Numbered from the stretch's first letter, positions 12,601-21,854 are shown. The stretch: 64,000 nt of DNA from an uncultured Bacilli bacterium (GCA_947591495.1 CANQDG010000001.1:21485-85484), one strand, 5' to 3'. Numbers and translations: made by a program. The notes: a model not told the origin generated them from the letters alone.

Positions 12601-14098
12601 ATGGAATGAATGTTATCGAAAATTTGCGGTATGCTTCAAAGGAAGTCAACCCGATTTCTTAACTAATAGTTTTGATGCTAATACTAAACTATTTAAACAA
12701 TTTATTGATAAAAGCAATCAAATAGAACCAATCTTAACGATTAATGAATTAACACAAAATTTTTTAGAATTTGGTTTTAAAAATCTTTTTGATTGCATTC
12801 GTAGTTGTAAATATGGTATTGGGGTATCTAAAAGTTTTATTTATTCAATCCTTTTAGAATACGAAAAAGAAGCTTTAGAAAAATACCCAATTTTAAATAA
12901 TATTAACGAAGGTTTAGAAATTATTAGTGATTATAAACGTTATGAACTCGGTTATTGTCAAAATAATTTAGACAAATTAAAGAGTCGTAGTAATGCTTTG
13001 AAAAAGAATAATGTTAATTTTAGTAATCTTAAATTCAATGAATATAATAAAATTATTGATTTAAGCATTAAACATCTAAACACAAGTTTATTCTTAAGTG
13101 ATTTAAATATTTTTAATAGCAATCTTAATTTAGAACCATTTGATTTAGTTATTATTGATGATGCCCATCTTTCATCATCTAATAAGTATAGCCGTATATC
13201 AGAGTGTAAACAAGTTATTGTTTTCGGTAGCCGTTCATTTAAAAGTTCCGTTTCTAATTCTTTAATGAAACGACTTGGCGAGCCTTGTACGATTAATTTT
13301 AATCGACGTTATGTATTAGCTAATTCAAAATTTAATAATTTATGGACTAAAAATAATCAATATATATACTCATATGATAATCAATATAATATTGTGATGA
13401 GTGATAATTTTGATGATTTTATAAATGATATTTTAGAAACATTTAAGAAAAAGCCAGAGCATATTATTAATATTTTAGTTGCTAAAGAAGAAACAAGAAG
13501 ATTAATTTATACTGCGATGGTGGAAAAATTAGCCGATTATTTTTCACCCGTAGAAATTATTGAATTTTTATGTTATAAAATAAGAATTCTTAATGCTCTA
13601 ACTGAATGTAATCGTTATGTCAATGATGTCTTTGTTTATTTTGATGATTTTAAAGATTTAGAAGATTCCGTTAAAGAATTAGTTTTCCGTAACTTTTTAG
13701 TTGTACATAGCGGGGCATCAATTTATTTTATGAAAAATAAAATTGAAGCTCAGAATACTAAAATTAAACAAATGATTCGTAAATCAATGGGTAAAATTAT
13801 TAATGATGACCAAGAAGAAACCGAAATTGTCCGCCTTTTCAAAGAAGAATTAAGCAAACATAATTTAGAAGTTGAAAATGGCTTTGGTCGTTTTGATTTA
13901 ATCATTCGCAAAAGAAAACCAATTGGCATTATTATTTTAGGCCAAGAAAATGAAGATTTAAATACATTTATTGATGACTATATTTATTATCATGATGAAT
14001 ATAGTAAAAGAGGTTGGAAAATCGAATATGTCTATATGCTAGATTTATTCAATGATTTTAACAAAGTAGTTAATGAATTTACTAATGAGGAAAAATAA
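9677..14098 (+). CDS. giant DUF4011-like / Upf1-like SF1 helicase-like ATPase with C-terminal Vsr/DUF559-like (PD-(D/E)xK) domain
   Basis: 1473 aa from the ATG at 9677, which has a GAGGT RBS; the alternative ATG at 9650 gives 1482 aa. The N-terminal region has an APVVLIPFEF segment reminiscent of DUF4011. Walker A is GNLGSGKTHTI plus a motif Ia-like KKILYVNQDLDNIFDLEKNL at about aa 310. A motif II-like FDLVIIDDAH lies roughly 860 aa downstream at about aa 1165. Motif IV-like SLMKRLGEPCTINFNRRY follows. Motifs III and VI look degenerate. The tail GWKIEYVYMLDLF resembles DUF559/Vsr endings. Confidence 0.55.
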   Translation: MKAKNERKYYIQGRNQHLMNVLEKDYYIEIGTIDMAVLNKIIKKEKVKLGELIIPHNLDNDVKGHEKTSEEQAKDIEIANENLGRLCEGIGQITSNYETDLYYQLNYLINLRLKNATSKFFITAGIVKIFDEKGCEKYAPVVLIPFEFNYKFDYDNEIDKAIFQTELVVCDDPVINTQLIKYASNICESAKVDNKKFNDYYLNHPLASAKDIDKLCIDLAKDMHTTVQPDNYLTIAFVEYPDIILDKAYMSVEGSINEMTEENIFEKYYKNINAIMPTNTLQKYVLLKANDGDRFAVDGNLGSGKTHTIINIMADQIMKNKKILYVNQDLDNIFDLEKNLCALGMKNYLYDLTQNLLNVDNNLERLLGDKVTFERIDTKGISNTIIKDIFVLPNTLQKRLHGFKINNIFNYLALIKQKYPDVYQMPLEIKLEYHEAELIYHQLETIEESLKVIDLYADNIWHRLQVSHNNITIDDIISRIKDLALIHKKTNDALKKFINKYGIMMPSNINELYKIILHIYSFVSVRPLPKWKKDEVRRKILTNLREIQSLVDINYNINKYYESTVCKNYQIGRMKEIVDTIASKYIKIDKDYQTKNAIFINRLISYGDSLSRLCNEINDNVLKMDKISATLSNIFNPTILDENTYNFITGLSNLLSNNKLDIILFEKYQDSSALFTKHCDNILNVYDEYQEVREFLLTYLNHFELLTTDLIDSASKRKNPKHSFGAFLNKKAIKQNHTNLQDIIDNIYKYGKLRKNISSELAIIFNKKEFSEEFISVFVQFANFIADLSNVQKTYFEAFLNKMSNEKNHLQYLRQVNQILKDCKEEGYRTTSICTNLRYYNIIIDDNNVFNKVSSLKTCRKYLQNIDKLKTEISTIFNNSQHVQYDEMVTLIKTDLQYQDLQDNLINHADTYKQNLGKYYNGLDTIINEIGRTIEHYDEFLKVLINKDNINNLLTDETFDELLEEAKDLNNLYDKWNECYRKFAVCFKGSQPDFLTNSFDANTKLFKQFIDKSNQIEPILTINELTQNFLEFGFKNLFDCIRSCKYGIGVSKSFIYSILLEYEKEALEKYPILNNINEGLEIISDYKRYELGYCQNNLDKLKSRSNALKKNNVNFSNLKFNEYNKIIDLSIKHLNTSLFLSDLNIFNSNLNLEPFDLVIIDDAHLSSSNKYSRISECKQVIVFGSRSFKSSVSNSLMKRLGEPCTINFNRRYVLANSKFNNLWTKNNQYIYSYDNQYNIVMSDNFDDFINDILETFKKKPEHIINILVAKEETRRLIYTAMVEKLADYFSPVEIIEFLCYKIRILNALTECNRYVNDVFVYFDDFKDLEDSVKELVFRNFLVVHSGASIYFMKNKIEAQNTKIKQMIRKSMGKIINDDQEETEIVRLFKEELSKHNLEVENGFGRFDLIIRKRKPIGIIILGQENEDLNTFIDDYIYYHDEYSKRGWKIEYVYMLDLFNDFNKVVNEFTNEEK

Positions 14099-14099
14099 A

Positions 14100-14633
14100 A
14101 TGGCTAAATCTAATCGTGAAGAAATTTTAAAGATTATTAGTTTATTAAAAAATGCTAAACCTCCCATTAAATTAATTAAAAAACAGTTTAAAAAGCTTTA
14201 TGAAGTTGGTTTTAATTTCAATAGTAAATATTATCGTGGTAAAACACTGATGCATTATGTGGTAGAAAATTATGCTAATCAATTAATTAAACCGCTTATT
14301 GATTATGGTTGTAATCCTAATATTTGTGATGATAACTATCAAGCACCTATTCATCAAGCTATTCTTAAAAACAACGAAAAAGCAATGAAACTACTTATTA
14401 AATACGGAGCAGATGTTAATATTGCGGGGGAATTTGAACAAACCCCTCTTCATCTTGCGACCATATGTGGCAATATCAAATGTATCAAAATTTTAATCAA
14501 TCACTGTGCTGATATTAATTTGGTTGATGAAAAAAATTTATCGATTTTAGATTATGCCAAAGATGAAAATAATATAGAAATAATAAAATACTTAAACAAT
14601 ATAGTATTAAAGGAGAAAAATCATGTTAGCTAA
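14100..14633 (+). CDS. ankyrin-repeat protein
   Basis: About four ANK repeats (TLMHYVVENYANQLIKPLIDYGCNPN; APIHQAILKNNEKAMKLLIKYGADVN; TPLHLATICGNIKCIKILINHCADIN). The ATG with a GAGGA RBS lies 1 nt after the stop of the giant ATPase gene. Confidence 0.75.
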   Translation: MAKSNREEILKIISLLKNAKPPIKLIKKQFKKLYEVGFNFNSKYYRGKTLMHYVVENYANQLIKPLIDYGCNPNICDDNYQAPIHQAILKNNEKAMKLLIKYGADVNIAGEFEQTPLHLATICGNIKCIKILINHCADINLVDEKNLSILDYAKDENNIEIIKYLNNIVLKEKNHVS

Positions 14634-15399
14634 TGAAAATTTTGTACCCCCATATGGATGGTTTAGTTTTGTATGGGGAATAGTTGTTATCATTTTTGCA
14701 ATAGTAGTTTTATTTTTGTTTATTTTTAAACATGTACATTCAAAAATAATTATAATTACATATACTTCATTAGTATTATTAATTATAGTTAGTTTAATCG
14801 CAAAAAGCTATATTGCGGCAGTTGCTATAACTGTTTTATTAGTATTATTAAGCTTTATGACCATTTTATATTACTTGCCAGAATATAAAAAAATGTTCAG
14901 TAAAAAAGCCGTAGAAAAACATTCCAAAGAATTTTTAAACAACCAAGAAGTAAAAACCGAACTAATAGAAACCCTTATCAAAGCAGTCGACCATTTATCT
15001 AGTAGAAAAATTGGGGCAATTATTACAATTGAAAGAGAACATACATTAAACACACTTGTTGAAGGTTCAGTTAAACTTGATGCTTTAGTAACTTTTGAGT
15101 TATTAGAAACTATTTTCCATCCTAATACTGCTTTACATGATGGAGCTGTTATTATTAGAGGTGATCGTATCAAATGTGCTAGTGCTTTTTATACACCAAG
15201 CACTAAAAAAGACATTCCTCAACATTATGGTTCAAGACATCGTGCTGCGATTGGTATTAGTGAACAAAGTGATGCTTTTACGATTGTTGTGTCCGAAGAA
15301 ACAGGTCATATTGCGACAACCGTTGATGGTACTATTACGGGCAATATCTCATTAGAAAGTCTTAAAACTTCATTAAATCAACAAATTATCGTAAGATAG
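14623..15399 (+). CDS. cdaA: diadenylate cyclase CdaA (c-di-AMP synthase), membrane-anchored
   Basis: Three N-terminal TM helices plus a DAC domain with the DGA and RHRAA motifs (NTALHDGAVIIRGDRI...GSRHRAAIGISE). The start overlaps the ankyrin gene stop by 11 nt. RBS AGGAG. Confidence 0.9.
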   Translation: MLANENFVPPYGWFSFVWGIVVIIFAIVVLFLFIFKHVHSKIIIITYTSLVLLIIVSLIAKSYIAAVAITVLLVLLSFMTILYYLPEYKKMFSKKAVEKHSKEFLNNQEVKTELIETLIKAVDHLSSRKIGAIITIEREHTLNTLVEGSVKLDALVTFELLETIFHPNTALHDGAVIIRGDRIKCASAFYTPSTKKDIPQHYGSRHRAAIGISEQSDAFTIVVSEETGHIATTVDGTITGNISLESLKTSLNQQIIVR

Positions 15400-15416
15400 A
15401 AAGGAGTAAAATAAAG

Positions 15417-16613
15417 ATGTTTACCGCCAATTTTACTGAGGGTCAAATAGTTGCCATTTGTTTATTAACAGTCTTTATTTTAACTATTTGGGCGATTAAA
15501 TTAATATGCTTTAATCGGTTAACTTTTGTTGATAGTTTAATTTCCGTTATTATTTTTGTTGTATGTCTTTTTGTAAAATTAGCTACCGGCTGGATCATCT
15601 TTTTAATTGTATTAGATAGTTTGGTTTTATTATATGCATTAGCTAGTTTAGTATTAATTATTTATGCTAAAAAGGAAATTAGTGATAAAACAACTGAATA
15701 TTTGAAAAATACTGAATATGATTTTTTCATTCAAATGAACTATAATGAAAAAATCACTGATTGTAGTAGTTCTTTATTAAAACTACTCAAACTTTCTAAA
15801 AAAGAAGTTTTACATAATCGTGGTTGGAAATTTATTTTTGATAGTTTTGATATTAAATCTTTAAATAAACAAGAATTTAGTTTAGATTATGTAACACAAT
15901 TTTTAGCTGAATTTAAAGAATGCAATAGCAAACATAAACGTTATAAATTCCAAATGGAAATTGAAACGAAAAATCAAGATAATCCTGATGAAACTGAAAT
16001 TGTAAAATATGATGCCATTGTTCAACCGATCTTTATTGGTAAAATGCTTGTTGCTCGCAATATTTATTTTTATCAAGATAAACTAGCCGTAATAGATAAA
16101 TTAAAAAATTTAGTTCGAAATGCTTGTGTTGATTTAGAAGATGCTTACTTACAACTTGATGTAATGATGAGTTTATCTGAAGGCGTAATTATGTATTATG
16201 ATTTTCAAAACAAAGTATATGTAGCAACTGAATGTATGAGAATATATACGAATACAACAAAAAAAGAATATACTTTTGAGGAACTATTTGCGAAAATTCA
16301 TCCTGATGATGTTAACAGTTATATCGAACAAGCTGAAACTGTTAATAGTCTTTCGGTAACTAAAATCAAATATCGGATGAAAATAGGCCCTAAATTTTAT
16401 CAAGTAGAAGAAGATTCCATCTATATGCGAAAAGATTATGGTTTAATTTCTATTTTAAGAATTTCCGAACAACAAGTTTATCAAAATGCCAAAACTAAAA
16501 ATGAACTCGAAATTTTAAATAATTTAACAACTAAAAATATTTCTAATACTGTTAATAAAACCGAAGATATTTTAAATACCATTTTAGGAGAAAAAGTCGA
16601 AGATGACCATTAG
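15417..16613 (+). CDS. membrane protein of unknown function (occupies the position usually held by cdaR)
   Basis: Three N-terminal TM helices followed by a ~310-aa soluble region with no motif I can name. The GAAAGGAG RBS lies 10 nt upstream. YbbR-type repeats are not recognisable. Confidence 0.45.
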   Translation: MFTANFTEGQIVAICLLTVFILTIWAIKLICFNRLTFVDSLISVIIFVVCLFVKLATGWIIFLIVLDSLVLLYALASLVLIIYAKKEISDKTTEYLKNTEYDFFIQMNYNEKITDCSSSLLKLLKLSKKEVLHNRGWKFIFDSFDIKSLNKQEFSLDYVTQFLAEFKECNSKHKRYKFQMEIETKNQDNPDETEIVKYDAIVQPIFIGKMLVARNIYFYQDKLAVIDKLKNLVRNACVDLEDAYLQLDVMMSLSEGVIMYYDFQNKVYVATECMRIYTNTTKKEYTFEELFAKIHPDDVNSYIEQAETVNSLSVTKIKYRMKIGPKFYQVEEDSIYMRKDYGLISILRISEQQVYQNAKTKNELEILNNLTTKNISNTVNKTEDILNTILGEKVEDDH

Positions 16614-17730
16614 TGCAGTCTTATTAATGGCCGGTTCTTCCACAAGATTTGATAATTTAAAACAAAAAACTTTGTATCAAATCGATCAACAACCACTTTT
16701 TATGTATAGTTTAAAGGTTTTTTATCATCATCCACAAATCGAAAAAATTGTTTTAGTATGTCATAAACAAGATATAGATATGGTTAAAGAAATCGTTGAT
16801 AATAATTATTTTGATGAAAAAATTCTTATAACAGTTGGTGCTACAACTAGACTTGGTAGTCTCAAAAAAGGGTTAGCTTTCATTAATAGTGAGGTTGTTT
16901 TAGTTCATGATGTAGCTAGACCATTAATTCAAAAAGAAGATTTAGATAATATCATTTTGGCAAGCACAAACTATAAATGTGGATCACTTTATCATAAAAT
17001 ATATGATACAGTTAAAATGGTTAACGAAGAAGTAACAACCATTGATCGGGAACAATTAAAAGCGACAACCACCCCGCAATTTTTTCATCAAGAATTGTAT
17101 CAACAAATCTTACAAACGAAAGATGATGCCAATATTACTGATGAAATTATGCTTTTTGAAAAAGAATATCCGATCGCTTTTATTGAAGAATCAAGGCCTA
17201 ATTTAAAACTTACCACTAAAGAAGACTTAGATTATTTAAAATATATTTTAATGAAAGATAGTATATATAAAATAGGTCATTCTTTTGATTTCCATCCCTT
17301 TGCGAAGAATCGCCCTTTATATCTTGGGGGAATTAAATTTTCCACCGATTATGGTCTAATGGGGCATAGCGATGCTGATGCGGTATATCATGCGGTAACA
17401 GAAGCCTTAATTGGGGCTATTAGTCAAGGTGATATTGGTGATTGGTTTCCTGATAATGATAAAAGATATCTTAATGCTAATTCTAAAATCTTTTTAGAAG
17501 AAGTAATAAAAAAGGTTCAAAGCTTAAATTATACAATTGAAAATATTGATATTCTTATCTATTTAGAAAAACCTAATTTAAAAAATTATAAAGCCCTGAT
17601 GGCCCAAAATATTAAAGAATTAACTAGATGCCAATTCATCAATGTTAAAGCCACAACTTTAGAAAAAAAAGGATTGGTTGGAAAAGGCGAAGGCATTGCT
17701 TGTGAGGCAGTCGTATTAATCAAAAAATAG
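16603..17730 (+). CDS. ispDF: bifunctional 2-C-methyl-D-erythritol 4-phosphate cytidylyltransferase / 2-C-methyl-D-erythritol 2,4-cyclodiphosphate synthase (IspDF)
   Basis: N-terminal IspD motif (ISAVLLMAGSSTRF). C-terminal IspF motifs (IGHSFDFHPF...GHSDADAVYHAVTEALIGA...GDIGDWFPDND). Confidence 0.85.
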   Translation: MTISAVLLMAGSSTRFDNLKQKTLYQIDQQPLFMYSLKVFYHHPQIEKIVLVCHKQDIDMVKEIVDNNYFDEKILITVGATTRLGSLKKGLAFINSEVVLVHDVARPLIQKEDLDNIILASTNYKCGSLYHKIYDTVKMVNEEVTTIDREQLKATTTPQFFHQELYQQILQTKDDANITDEIMLFEKEYPIAFIEESRPNLKLTTKEDLDYLKYILMKDSIYKIGHSFDFHPFAKNRPLYLGGIKFSTDYGLMGHSDADAVYHAVTEALIGAISQGDIGDWFPDNDKRYLNANSKIFLEEVIKKVQSLNYTIENIDILIYLEKPNLKNYKALMAQNIKELTRCQFINVKATTLEKKGLVGKGEGIACEAVVLIKK

Positions 17731-17880
17731 CAACTTAAATCTTTTTAAAAGCAAGTAAAATGATGCTATAATAATTAGTTATAAAAAGGACTATTTACTA
17801 TTTAGTAAGTAATCCTTTTTTTGTAAATATAATAATATAATAGCAATAATGAATAATATAATAAAGTAGGAGAACGATTT

Positions 17881-18516
17881 ATGAAAAAAGTTTTAATTAT
17901 TGTTTTTATTATTTTAATTCCTCTTATCACATTTACGCTAATTGATAATTATTTTAGTGAAAAATCTAATCTTTATTTAGAAAAAGAAATTACGACCACA
18001 ATTTCAAATGTCTTAGCTGATGCGATTGTTTTAAGCAATATTACAAGTGAAGCCGATGATTTATTACAATTTAAATATAATACTGAAGGTAAAATTAGTA
18101 GTATATTTATTGATAGCACGAAAACTAATAAAATTATTTCTTCAACCAATACCATTTTATCACGTCTTTTAAAAGAGGGAACTTTAGAAAATTCCATTCA
18201 AGCCATTAATCTTCCCATTGGTATTTTATTATCAAGAGCTCTTTTTACTACGATTGGACCAAGCGTAAGAATTGAAGTATTACCGATTACTTCTTATAAA
18301 ACAGATATTGTTACTAATTTAGTTAATTATGGAATTAATAATTCCTTATTTGAAGTATATTTAAAAATTGATGTTGATGTTGAAACAATAATTCCCCTTA
18401 AACAAACTAAAATAGCTTATACAACTAATTTATTACTTGCTTCAAGTATTATTCAAGGTGAAGTGCCATATTATTATTATTTAGGAGAAGGAACTATTCA
18501 ATCATTACCAATTTAA
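17881..18516 (+). CDS. yunB: sporulation protein YunB-like
   Basis: An N-terminal TM helix and the conserved YunB core (INLPIGILLS...GPSVRIEVLPI...GINNSLFEVYLKIDVDVETIIP...GEVPYYYY). Confidence 0.55.
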   Translation: MKKVLIIVFIILIPLITFTLIDNYFSEKSNLYLEKEITTTISNVLADAIVLSNITSEADDLLQFKYNTEGKISSIFIDSTKTNKIISSTNTILSRLLKEGTLENSIQAINLPIGILLSRALFTTIGPSVRIEVLPITSYKTDIVTNLVNYGINNSLFEVYLKIDVDVETIIPLKQTKIAYTTNLLLASSIIQGEVPYYYYLGEGTIQSLPI

Positions 18517-18580
18517 AAAAATACTTTATTATACAAATAGTAAAAAAAATGTTATAATAAGATTAAATAGGAGTATAAAA

Positions 18581-20134
18581 ATGGCTAAGAAAGAAAAAAC
18601 TCATAGAATAATAAAAAAGAAGATTAAATATATTCCCCTTCGTTATATTTTAGCAATGTTAATTATTTTATTTGAAATTATTGCCATTATGCTGATTGTA
18701 ATTGGCTTGACAATTAATTTACCATATTTTTATATAGCGGCCGTCATAACGCAAGCCTTTTGTGTGCTTTTAATTGCTAATTCGAGTGACAACCCTGATT
18801 ATAAAGTGCCATGGTTATTAGTTGTCTTAATAATTCCGGTTATTGGGTTTATGCTTTACTTTATGTTTTATTCAAGAAAATTTTCTAAAAAGCAAATTAG
18901 AAAATTAGAAAAACTAAAAAATGCAGCCGTTAATGTTAATGATGAAATTGCCTTAAATGAATTAAAAAAAACAAATGAAGTAGCTTATGCTTCAAGTATT
19001 ATTTTAAAAAAGTTAGCTGATTCACATTTATATCAAAATACCAATTTTAAATATTTTTCAACGGGTGAGGCTTATTATAATAATTTATTAGAAGATTTAA
19101 AAAAGGCTGAAAAATTTATTTTTATGGAATATTTTATTATCGAAGAAGGTCTTTTTTGGAATAGTATCTTAGAAATCTTAAAAGAAAAAGTTAAAAATCA
19201 AGTCGAGATTAAAATTGTCTATGATGATATTGGTTGTATGAAAACTTTGCCAGGTAATTATTATAAAACCTTAACGAAATTGGGAATTAAAACTGTTCCT
19301 TTTTCCAAATTACGCGGTCAAGCTAATAATGAGTTTAATAACCGAAGTCACCGTAAAATTACTGTTATTGATGGCATCATTGGCTATACGGGTGGAATTA
19401 ATATTGCGGACGAATATATTAATAAAATTGAAAAGTTTGGCTATTGGAAAGATGTTGGGATAAGAATGGAAGGCGAAGCAGTTGTTGAATTAACAAGACT
19501 CTTTTTAATGGATTTTTATATTAATGATAAAAAACCGCAATATGAATTTGCACCATATTATAACTTAAAAAAGGGTGAAAGTAAAAGTTTTTGTGTACCA
19601 TTTGGTGATGGACCTAATCCTGTTTATAAAAAAAGAGTAGCTAAAACGTTAATTTTAAATATGTTAAATCAAGCTAAAAAGTTGGTCTATATTACCACAC
19701 CATATTTAATAATTGATAATGAAATTGTCCAAGCTTTAGAAAATGCTTCCTTAAGAGGTGTTGATGTTAGAATTATTACACCCCATATTCCCGATAAGAA
19801 AATCGTTTTTATGATTACAAGAAGTTATTATGCTTCCTTAATTGATGCAGGAGTTAAAATATATGAATATCGACCTGGCTTTATTCACGCTAAAACATAT
19901 ATTGTTGATGATGAATATGCAATGATTGGAACTATTAATCTTGATTATCGTAGTTTAGTTCATCACTTTGAAAATGGCGTTTGGATTTTTAATGATGAGG
20001 CTATTTTAGAAATGAAAAGTGATTTTTTAAAAACCCAAGAAGAATCAATTTGGTTTAAGAAAGATATGATAAAAAATAATGCTTTGCAAAAATTATTAAA
20101 AGCTATTGTTAAAATATTTAGTCCTTTATTATAA
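18581..20134 (+). CDS. cls: cardiolipin synthase
   Basis: Two N-terminal TM helices and two PLD HKD motifs (HRKITVIDG; HAKTYIVDDEYAMIGTINLDYRS). Confidence 0.9.
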   Translation: MAKKEKTHRIIKKKIKYIPLRYILAMLIILFEIIAIMLIVIGLTINLPYFYIAAVITQAFCVLLIANSSDNPDYKVPWLLVVLIIPVIGFMLYFMFYSRKFSKKQIRKLEKLKNAAVNVNDEIALNELKKTNEVAYASSIILKKLADSHLYQNTNFKYFSTGEAYYNNLLEDLKKAEKFIFMEYFIIEEGLFWNSILEILKEKVKNQVEIKIVYDDIGCMKTLPGNYYKTLTKLGIKTVPFSKLRGQANNEFNNRSHRKITVIDGIIGYTGGINIADEYINKIEKFGYWKDVGIRMEGEAVVELTRLFLMDFYINDKKPQYEFAPYYNLKKGESKSFCVPFGDGPNPVYKKRVAKTLILNMLNQAKKLVYITTPYLIIDNEIVQALENASLRGVDVRIITPHIPDKKIVFMITRSYYASLIDAGVKIYEYRPGFIHAKTYIVDDEYAMIGTINLDYRSLVHHFENGVWIFNDEAILEMKSDFLKTQEESIWFKKDMIKNNALQKLLKAIVKIFSPLL

Positions 20135-20140
20135 AAAAGA

Positions 20141-20176
20141 AGCAAAAGTGCTTTATGGCATTTTGCTTTTTTTTAT
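20141..20176. terminator. bidirectional intrinsic terminator between cls and the convergent minus-strand gene
   Basis: AGCAAAAGTGC / GCATTTTGCT hairpin followed by a T9 run. Confidence 0.65.
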
Positions 20177-20202
20177 AAAGATGAATCAAGAAGACTAATT
20201 AT

Positions 20203-20586
20203 TTAACCTATTTCTACCTCACCCATAGGTTCTTTTTGATTAAAACTAACATATGCAAGCATTAAAGTTCCGATAAAAATTAAAATACTTCCAATTAAAC
20301 GAATTTTTTCTAAATTATTTTCATCGACTTTTTTATCATCATTTTTCGTTGCTTGATAAAAATTATAATTTCGTAAAACAAAATATAAATAGATTAAAAT
20401 AGAAACAGCAGATATAAACCGGTAAATTTGTAAAGCCTTTTGAATATTATGGCTTTTTTTATTTATGAGGGCTTCTTCGATAATTTGATTGGCTTTAATA
20501 TTTAAGATACTGAGGATAATTAAAATGACCGAAATGTTATCCTCAAAGACGAGACGATCATAATCTTCTTGGTTTTCTTTATTCAT
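20203..20586 (-). CDS. small membrane protein (hypothetical)
   Basis: 127 aa with three predicted TM helices. No recognisable motif. Confidence 0.4.
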   Translation of the reverse strand: MNKENQEDYDRLVFEDNISVILIILSILNIKANQIIEEALINKKSHNIQKALQIYRFISAVSILIYLYFVLRNYNFYQATKNDDKKVDENNLEKIRLIGSILIFIGTLMLAYVSFNQKEPMGEVEIG

Positions 20587-20695
20587 AGTTATATATATGA
20601 AAAAAATAAAATATTATACAAAAAGGAAAATAAAAACAAATTTTAACCTAAAATAAATAAATTGGTGTATAATAATAATGAAAAGGTGATAACAA

Positions 20696-20940
20696 TGAAT
20701 GATGAAAAAATAGTTAAATTAATTAAACAAACCTTAAGAAAATTAAGACCATATTTAAATGCTGATGGCGGTGATATTGATTTTGTCCGCTTTCAAGATG
20801 GAATCGTTTATGTAAAGGTCCTTGGGGCATGTATTGGTTGTTCATCAATTGGTGATACAATTACTAATAGTGTAGAAGCTTTACTTTTAGAAGAGGTTCC
20901 CGGAGTCATTGGTGTAGAGGTAGTTGAAGAGGAAATATGA
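20696..20940 (+). CDS. NifU-like (Nfu) Fe-S cluster carrier domain protein
   Basis: LRPYLNADGGDIDFVRFQDGIVYVKVLGACIGCSS, including the CxxC motif. The start is assigned to the internal ATG, which has an AAAGGTGA RBS. Confidence 0.75.
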
Positions 20941-21272
20941 AACCGGGCGATATTGTTAATGCTAAAATAACGAATATTTTAGGTTATGGGGCTTTTGTGG
21001 TAGTAGGGGATTATGATGGCCTTGTTCATATTTCAGAATTTTCTGATAATTATGTTAAAAATATTAATGACTTTGTGAAAATTGGTCAAGAATTAAGACT
21101 TAAGGTATTAGAAGTTGATGAAGAAAATCATCGCGTAAAATTGAGTTATAAACAAATCCATAAAACCCGTGGAATTAGATGTCATATTCCTGAATATGAA
21201 ATTGGTTTTAAGCCTTTAAATGAAAAATTACAAAATTGGATTGATGAATATGATGAAAATAAAAAAGAATAG
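20937..21272 (+). CDS. S1 RNA-binding domain protein (YabR/GSP13-like)
   Basis: S1 fold signature GDIVNAKITNILGYGAFVVVGDYDGLVHISE...IGQELRLKVLEVDEENHRVKLSYKQ. Confidence 0.8.
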   Translation: MKPGDIVNAKITNILGYGAFVVVGDYDGLVHISEFSDNYVKNINDFVKIGQELRLKVLEVDEENHRVKLSYKQIHKTRGIRCHIPEYEIGFKPLNEKLQNWIDEYDENKKE

Positions 21273-21807
21273 AAAAATAATGGTTTTATTTTTTATAATA
21301 TTTTTTATGCTAGCCCTTTCAAGCTGTAAGAAAGATGAAATTATGCAAAATTATACCCAATTAACAGATAAAAATCATATATATAAAGAAGTAGAAGTTA
21401 CAGACGTTTTGACCAAATTAGAAAACCATGAATCGTTTTATTTAATCATGGGATTTCCTGAATGTCCATGGTGTCAAGCCTTAATGCCCGTGTTAAATGA
21501 AGTGGCAAAAGATAATCATGTTGAACAAATTTATTATTTAAATCTTAAAGAAATTAGAGATAATGAACAAGCAAAAGGACATGTTGAATATTTACGGCTT
21601 GCTAATGACTATTTTTATCAAGCAATAGATGAGGCTAATAACCGCCTTAATGCTCCTACTTTTGTTAAAGTAGTAGATGGGGTAATGATAAAATATCATT
21701 TAAATACCGTTGAAGGACATGTTAAAAATGATCATAATGTTCTACCACCTTTAACAAATGAACAAGAAGCCAAGTTAAAAGACCTTTTAAAAGAATTTTT
21801 TGTTTAA
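21253..21807 (+). CDS. thioredoxin-fold lipoprotein (CxxC)
   Basis: Signal peptide with lipobox LALSSC. CPWC redox motif within a thioredoxin-like context. Confidence 0.55.
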   Translation: MKIKKNRKIMVLFFIIFFMLALSSCKKDEIMQNYTQLTDKNHIYKEVEVTDVLTKLENHESFYLIMGFPECPWCQALMPVLNEVAKDNHVEQIYYLNLKEIRDNEQAKGHVEYLRLANDYFYQAIDEANNRLNAPTFVKVVDGVMIKYHLNTVEGHVKNDHNVLPPLTNEQEAKLKDLLKEFFV

Positions 21808-21854
21808 AAAGTCATAAAAGAAAAAACTTAAAAATAAAATGTCATAGGTGAAAT

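Noticed and set aside
15417-16613. Calling this gene cdaR on positional grounds.
   Set aside because: It has three TM helices and no discernible YbbR-type beta-rich repeats, so it is kept as a membrane protein of unknown function.
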